NCBI GenBank assembly: GCA_029820295.1
Contig: JALGVA010000001.1
Span: forward strand, 51,476 to 115,475
Source: Candidatus Zipacnadia bacterium
GTDB taxonomy: Bacteria > Armatimonadota > Zipacnadia > Zipacnadales > UBA5352
Direction: 5' to 3'
Length of the DNA: 64,000 nucleotides
The position numbers and the translations under genes were made by a program. The notes beneath the pieces were generated by a model, which was given only the letters and a program-made list of their open reading frames with translations, ran no database searches and had not been told where the DNA came from. Shown one piece after another: positions 59,313-64,000 of the stretch (the stretch's first letter is position 1; each line of letters starts with the position of its first letter).

Positions 59313-59689
59313 AGGCGCGAGGGCCGGGTGGTGTGCCACGTGACCGCGAGCAGGGCCCCGACGTAGCAGGCGCCCTCGGCCGGGCCCGAGATGTGCGCGC
59401 CGGCGAAGAGCGTTGCCACGACGCCGAGGCGGGTGCCCGGCCCGAACGTCACGCGGTTGGCCCCGCGGACGGTCAGCCGGCCGGTCGATGGCCACTTCGG
59501 CGGACGCGCTCTGGCCCGGGACGCACTCGACGGCCGTGACGCGCCACCTGCCTGCGGGGGCGTTGAGCGCCGGGACGAAGGTCCACGCGTCCTCGCCGCG
59601 CGGGAGGTAGACGATCTCCGCGAGATACTCCGGCGCCGAGCCATCCGGGGGCGTCATCTGCACGTGAACCGTCTGCGGGGCTGGCCGCA

Positions 59690-60214
59690 CGGCGCCGGCG
59701 CCGACCGACAGGCGGACCTGCGCCTCATCCCGCCGCGCAACGGCCGGCCGGGGCTTGCAGCGACAGCCTCTCGACGCGGTAGGGCATCCGCCGCGCGAAC
59801 CGGGTGAGCAGGTGCGGTCGGTGATGAAGGCGGCCTATCGGCTCGACCCGGAGCAGGGCATGGCCAGGCTCAAGCAGCAGGCGCGCTGGCTGGAGAGCGA
59901 GTACCGCTCGGCCGCGGCCGGCCTGCTGGAGGGTTTGGCCGAGTCCTTCACCGTCAATCGGCTGGGCCTGCCCGCCGACCTTGCGGCGCCGCCCGGGGCC
60001 CACCAACATGGTGGAGAGCCCCACTGCGGGTGTGCGCCTGGGCACGCGGCGGGTGACTAACTGCCGGGACGGGGCGACGGTACTGCGGTGGGCGGCCGCT
60101 GCCTACCTGGATACGGAGAAGAGCTTCCGCCGCATCATGGGCTACCGCGACCTGTGGCTCCTGCACGCCGCTCTCAACGACGCCACGCAATCTGAGGAGG
60201 TGAGGGTGGCCTGA
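59690..60214 (+). mobile_element. IS256-family (Mutator-type) transposase gene remnant: 5'-truncated and frameshifted (pseudogene)
   Basis: Two overlapping frames (59755-60060 and 59981-60214) together read ...MKAAYRLDPEQGMARLKQQARWLESEYRSAAAGLLEGLAESFTVNRLGLP / RRRPGPTNMVESPTAGVRLGTRRVTNCRDGATVLRWAAAAYLDTEKSFRRIMGYRDLWLL. This matches the conserved C-terminal block of IS256/IS1081-type transposases (TNxIESxxxxxRxRTxxV...). Only about the last 150-170 residues are present. There is a one-base frame change at the cccgcc run near 59975. Confidence 0.55.
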
Positions 60215-60273
60215 ACGCCGCATTCTGAGAGAGCCGCCTCACTTCACACCGAAAACGGGACATATCCGAAGTC

Positions 60274-61413
60274 GTGCTTGCACCGGCATCTCCGGCGGAG
60301 ACCAAGTCCGTGCCGCCGCCTCGAATCGACCTTCTCTCCGCCCTCAACCTGCCTGGAGCAGGGGCGACCGATGCGAGCTGGCAACGGTTGCCCGTAGCGT
60401 CTCTCACGAGCGCGTCAGACGGCGACGGTGCCCCGCTTCCGTCGGCAATCGCCAGTCCCCGCGTGCTGACGAACGCGATGACGCCCCACAGGGCGATGGT
60501 CAGCGCTCGGTCCGTCGGCAGTCCTGACGGGGAAGTCGAACTCCTCTATCGGTTTCTCGCCCCTGGATCCTCCGCGGTCATAATCCAGGACACTCTCACG
60601 CCTCTGCATATCGCTCCGGAGATGTTGATCGATACGGTGCTGCCGCCGATGACCACGGAGAGCCTCGCCATGGACTTGCAGTTGCTGCTTCTCGCGTACG
60701 GCTGTGACGTGAGCAGCGCAGGACTCGAGGACGGGAATCTGACGTCAATGCCCCTCGCTCTTGAGCTTCGGGGCGCCGCGCGCCAGACCGAGTTCGCAGG
60801 AGCCGACAGCGTGAATGTCTTCGCGTCATTGAGCAACTTCGCCGATCGGTTCCTGACACCCACCATCGAGGTTGAGGTCGCCGATGGTGGTGGCCGTGTT
60901 GTCTACTCAGAAATGCGCACAATCAGGCTGGGGGCCCGGAGTTACTCGTCGTTTGCCGCGCACCCCGACATTCCGGGGCCGGGGAACTACGTGATGACCA
61001 CACGCGCGGTCGTGGATGATCGGAGTCTCGCTACCTCGCTCTTCTCGTTCCGCGTGGTCGAGGCCGACCGAGACCTGCCCGACTGGCGATTGCGGGAGTT
61101 CTTCGTCGCGGTCCGCGGAGCTGCCGGGCGGACGGTGTTCCCGGAGGTGGACGATGTCAGCATCTTCATCTCAGCCATCAGCAACACCGACGCCCAGATC
61201 GCGCCTGACGCAGAGATGACGGTGGTAGATGCTGACGGCGACCGCGTCGCACATGAGACTTGGCGGATACGGATCGCCCCCCGGCGCGCGGCGCATTCTC
61301 CCTTCAACCCGACGGTCCGAGGACGAGGCCCTTACCGGTTCGAGGTGCAGTCCCACGTAGGAGAGCGGGACCCTGGGTCAGGTCAGTTCCAGTTCCGTAT
61401 AGGACCCGATTGA
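60274..61413 (+). CDS. hypothetical protein in lower-GC DNA (about 58-60% GC versus about 70% elsewhere), likely horizontally acquired
   Basis: ORF track (GTG start); composition Ser/Thr/Ala/Leu-rich with balanced charge; no recognisable motif; lies immediately downstream of the IS256 remnant. Confidence 0.45.
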   Translation: MLAPASPAETKSVPPPRIDLLSALNLPGAGATDASWQRLPVASLTSASDGDGAPLPSAIASPRVLTNAMTPHRAMVSARSVGSPDGEVELLYRFLAPGSSAVIIQDTLTPLHIAPEMLIDTVLPPMTTESLAMDLQLLLLAYGCDVSSAGLEDGNLTSMPLALELRGAARQTEFAGADSVNVFASLSNFADRFLTPTIEVEVADGGGRVVYSEMRTIRLGARSYSSFAAHPDIPGPGNYVMTTRAVVDDRSLATSLFSFRVVEADRDLPDWRLREFFVAVRGAAGRTVFPEVDDVSIFISAISNTDAQIAPDAEMTVVDADGDRVAHETWRIRIAPRRAAHSPFNPTVRGRGPYRFEVQSHVGERDPGSGQFQFRIGPD

Positions 61414-61607
61414 GCCCGGTGCGCCATCCGAGGCCACCCTCACACAACCGTCGCAGCGCCGACCTCGACGAGGCCCCACACTGCGAGTGACCTGCCCCCA
61501 TGAGTGCTACCCGTTACTATGTGGTACTGGGCAGCGGGTCACGCAGCCCGGGGCTGGCGCGCCTCCGGAGCGGGGGGCGATAGCCCGGTGAGCTGTGCCG
61601 CCTCACT

Positions 61608-61626
61608 GAGAAGCCCCAGGCTTCTC
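61608..61626. other. intergenic hairpin, copy B of the GAGAAGCC...GGCTTCTC palindromic motif
   Basis: GAGAAGCC-cca-GGCTTCTC: perfect 8-bp stem, 3-nt loop, in the non-coding stretch 61414-61750. Confidence 0.3.
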
Positions 61627-62160
61627 CGTTGCAGTGTCACCTCCAGCGCGCCACCAGCACTTGCGCTGAGGGCGACAACCTACGGCTCTCGCCACGACAG
61701 CCCTGCCTTACCGGCATCGGTCTTCGTGTCTTGACAATGGGGTCCACCTCACATGCCGGACGAGCGCCTGGGCGTCGCCATCGTCACCAACCATCCTGGG
61801 ACGCACCTGCGCGAGGCGCTGCCCTGGTGGGGCTTCGACCGGCCTGCCGGGGACCTCGCCGCGACGCTCGAGCACCGGCACCATGACATCTTCCGCCTCA
61901 CCGTGGAGCCGCCGCCGTGAGAGGGCTTCGTGTACTTCGAGCGGACAGCCCAGGGCGCCATCAAGGGTCTCGACGCCGAGGACCTCGGAACACTGACGCG
62001 TGCCGCGTAGGAGGGATAGTCGGCGATGGCGAAGTTGGCGAGGGCCCCGGGGCGGGGCCACTCTCGGCCTGATCGCGCGCCGGCGGGGCGAGGGCGCTCA
62101 GGTCTGGCTCGATAACGCCGGTTCGGGGAGCTGTATGCGCTGGAGGGCGGGTGAGACGCC

Positions 62161-63750
62161 GTGCAGCGGCAATCGATGGACATCGGCTCTCGACGCGAGC
62201 TGTTCGTTGACCGGCGTCTCGTGGACCGGCTGGAGGGCGACATCTGCCTGCATCTGCACCGGCCCGCGGGCAGGGAGGTCGTGCTTGTCGGTGATGAGCC
62301 GTGGGAAGACCACCACCTGGCCTACATCGCCGTCATGCACGACGATGACCTGTACCGTATGTACTATCGCCCCTTCCACCACGGCTCAGGGCCCGAGGCG
62401 CGCGGCGAGGCGATGTGCTACGCCGAGAGCACGGATGGCATCCACTGGGTCAAGCCTCGCCTTGGCCTCTTCAGCTTCCAGGGCTCGGCGGAGAACAACA
62501 TCGTCCTGGGCGGCGACGGCCGTAAGCTGCCGGCTACGGGGAAGTGGCGCGGATACCTGGGCCTTGAGACCGGCCTGGGCTGGCGCGGCGACATGGTGCC
62601 GTTCCGGGACGCAAACCCCGACGCGCCGCCGGACGCCGCGTACAGGGCCCTCATCCGTGGCTGTCGCGGCACATGTCAGATCGACGAGGGGCGCAGCGAC
62701 TACGGCATGTACCCATTCGCGTCACCGGACGGCCTCCACTGGAGCCTGATGAGCGATCAGCCGGTGATCACGCGCGGCAAGTTCGACTCGCAGAACCTCG
62801 CGTTCTGGGACGCCCACCGCGGACGCTACGTCGCCTTCGTCCGCGACATGCGCTGGGGCACCGCCGACCGGCCGCTGTGGAACGCCCCGGCGCCGGAGCA
62901 GTTCGAGCAGTGGCGAGCATCCCTGCCTCCCAGGGAGCGCGACGCCGAGCCAACGGCCCTCCGCGCCCACGGCGCAGTGCGCGACATCCGCATGTGCACC
63001 TCCGAGGACTTCCTGAACTGGACTGAGCCCGAGTTCCTGGCCTACGAGCAGGACCCGGGCGATATCGACCACGACCTGTACACGAACGCCATCGTCCCCT
63101 ACGACCGTGCCCCGCACATCCTCCTCGGCTTCCCGACGGAGATCGTCGGCCTGTTCTCGCGGGAGGGCGCCGAGACCAATCCGCTGTTCATGGCCAGCCG
63201 CGATGGCGGACGGTCGTTCCGGCTGTGGCCGGAGCCCATCATCCCGCGCGAGGCGCCGCGGGAGCGCGACGGCAACCGCAGCAACTACATGGCCCGGGGG
63301 CTGGTGCGGGGCAACGAGCGCGAGTACTTCGTCTACGCGGATGAGGGCTACAGCCACGAGGGCGGACTGAGGCGCCTGCGGCGCTTCGTCTACCGTGTGG
63401 ATGGTTTCGTGTCGGCGCGTGCCGGGCTGGGAGGGGGGGAGCTGGTCACGCCGCCCCTCGTCTTCAGCGGCAGCCGACTGGTGGTCAACTACGTCGCCTG
63501 GCCGCACCGTGGCAGCGTGCGAGTTGAGCTGCAGGACCCGAGCGGCCGTCCGCTCGACGGGCTGGCGCTCGCGGACGCCACCGTGCTGCGCGGGGACGAG
63601 ATCGAGCAGACCGTGACCTGGCAGTCCGGGGCGAGTCCGGGCCTGTACTCAGGCCGGGCGGTGCGCCTGCGCTTCGCCCTGCGCCACGCCGACCTGTTCA
63701 GCTTCCAGTTCACGGCGCCGCAGGGCGCTCCAGTGCGTAGTGCTCAATGA
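62161..63750 (+). CDS. cytoplasmic beta-propeller glycoside hydrolase-like protein (GH43/GH117/GH130-like fold)
   Basis: GTG 62161 (GGTGAG 6 nt upstream) or ATG 62176; blocks DEPWEDHHLAYIAVMHDDDLYRMYYRP and AMCYAESTDGIHWVKP typical of 5-bladed beta-propeller glycosidases; no signal peptide. Confidence 0.45.
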   Translation: MQRQSMDIGSRRELFVDRRLVDRLEGDICLHLHRPAGREVVLVGDEPWEDHHLAYIAVMHDDDLYRMYYRPFHHGSGPEARGEAMCYAESTDGIHWVKPRLGLFSFQGSAENNIVLGGDGRKLPATGKWRGYLGLETGLGWRGDMVPFRDANPDAPPDAAYRALIRGCRGTCQIDEGRSDYGMYPFASPDGLHWSLMSDQPVITRGKFDSQNLAFWDAHRGRYVAFVRDMRWGTADRPLWNAPAPEQFEQWRASLPPRERDAEPTALRAHGAVRDIRMCTSEDFLNWTEPEFLAYEQDPGDIDHDLYTNAIVPYDRAPHILLGFPTEIVGLFSREGAETNPLFMASRDGGRSFRLWPEPIIPREAPRERDGNRSNYMARGLVRGNEREYFVYADEGYSHEGGLRRLRRFVYRVDGFVSARAGLGGGELVTPPLVFSGSRLVVNYVAWPHRGSVRVELQDPSGRPLDGLALADATVLRGDEIEQTVTWQSGASPGLYSGRAVRLRFALRHADLFSFQFTAPQGAPVRSAQ

Positions 63751-64000
63751 TCGCGTCGTTGAGGCGCGTGAGCGTCTCGGGGCGGAGATAGCCGGGCGCA
63801 TACAGCGCGAGCCCCGCCATCTCCCTGAGCACCGGGTCGGTGGCGCAGACCTCCACCTGGCGGGCCAGGAACTCGCCGTAGTCCACGGCCTCGACGTCGT
63901 CGTAGGCCCAGTCGGCGTTCTGCACCGTCCCCAGGCCCATCAGGATCTTCGGCGTGATGCCGGGCGCCGCGGCCTCCCACTCCTCGACCTTCTCGCGGAA
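63710..64000 (-). CDS. hypothetical protein, 3' part only (start lies beyond window end)
   Basis: Minus-strand frame stays open from the window edge: ...FREKVEEWEAAAPGITPKILMGLGTVQNADWAYDDVEAVDYGEFLARQVEVCATDPVLREMAGLALYAPGYLRPETLTRLNDAIIEHYALERPAAP-stop. Overlaps the 3' end of the convergent gene by about 40 bp. Confidence 0.35.
   Translation of the reverse strand, partial: FREKVEEWEAAAPGITPKILMGLGTVQNADWAYDDVEAVDYGEFLARQVEVCATDPVLREMAGLALYAPGYLRPETLTRLNDAIIEHYALERPAAP

Noticed and set aside
48854-59690. ORFs 48854-52726 (-, 1290 aa), 53080-54381 (-), 56793-59690 (-, 965 aa)
   Set aside because: Antisense to the AAA+/RyR/SLOG gene, the jelly-roll gene and the 1557-aa secreted protein. Only the first about 75 residues of the last ORF (59455-59690) look protein-like; that is noted separately as a possible remnant.
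61753-61920. 55-codon ORF MPDERLGVAIVTNHPGTHLREALPWWGFDRPAGDLAATLEHRHHDIFRLTVEPPP
   Set aside because: Too short, no RBS, no recognisable family; could be a fragment, but unsupported.
1-64000. Search for CRISPR arrays, tRNA/rRNA genes
   Set aside because: No regularly spaced direct repeats and no tRNA-like conserved T-arm (GGTTCGAATCC-type) or rRNA-like sequences were seen in any intergenic region.

Overview
This is a 64 kb, very high-GC (about 68-70% by eye) bacterial chromosomal segment. It is most consistent with a Planctomycetota or other PVC-superphylum genome. The basis for that call: three tandem DUF1559 'H-X9-DG' prepilin-like genes, many giant signal-peptide proteins with glycoside-hydrolase, LamG and jelly-roll domains, classical Shine-Dalgarno sites, and no SusC/D or ABC permeases.

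Main contents, in order:
- **1-3.4 kb:** the C-terminal end of a 4Fe-4S protein and a tandem array of three prepilin-like DUF1559 paralogues.
- **4-12 kb:** a secreted heparinase II/III-like protein and a clan GH-A-like hydrolase.
- **9.4-18.4 kb:** a co-directional fucose-salvage/glycan operon. It encodes a SAM-methyltransferase::GT2 fusion, bifunctional fucokinase/fucose-1-P guanylyltransferase (Fkp), a lone solute-binding lipoprotein and a glycoside hydrolase.
- **18.9-21.5 kb:** a secreted thioredoxin-like lipoprotein followed by an SGNH hydrolase.
- **22-25.5 kb:** a beta-helix protein with an SGNH-like C-terminal domain.
- **25.6-38.7 kb:** a 13 kb minus-strand operon. It holds a GH42-like protein, a LamG-containing giant protein, two URO-D-like proteins flanking a BamE-like gene, a DUF4838-like hydrolase and a Gfo/Idh/MocA oxidoreductase.
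- **39-42.3 kb:** a GH43 protein plus a possible third URO-D-like protein.
- **42.4-47 kb:** two more secreted glycoside-hydrolase-like proteins.
- **47.0-52.5 kb (most unusual):** a divergently transcribed pair of ryanodine-receptor (RyR) domain proteins inside the glycoside-hydrolase island. One is a membrane protein with two RCK/TrkA-N domains. The other is an 1128-aa AAA+ ATPase with a C-terminal SLOG (DprA/LOG-like) domain.
- **52.5-59.3 kb:** a frameshifted jelly-roll protein gene and a 1557-aa secreted protein.
- **59.7-64 kb:** a 5'-truncated, frameshifted IS256-family transposase remnant. It adjoins a lower-GC (about 58-60%) hypothetical gene (likely horizontally acquired), a cytoplasmic beta-propeller glycoside-hydrolase-like gene and a partial CDS at the edge.

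No rRNA, tRNA or CRISPR arrays were seen. Many long ORFs in the six-frame track are antisense 'shadow' ORFs typical of high-GC DNA and were rejected. All domain assignments come from motif recognition by eye and need profile searches to confirm.
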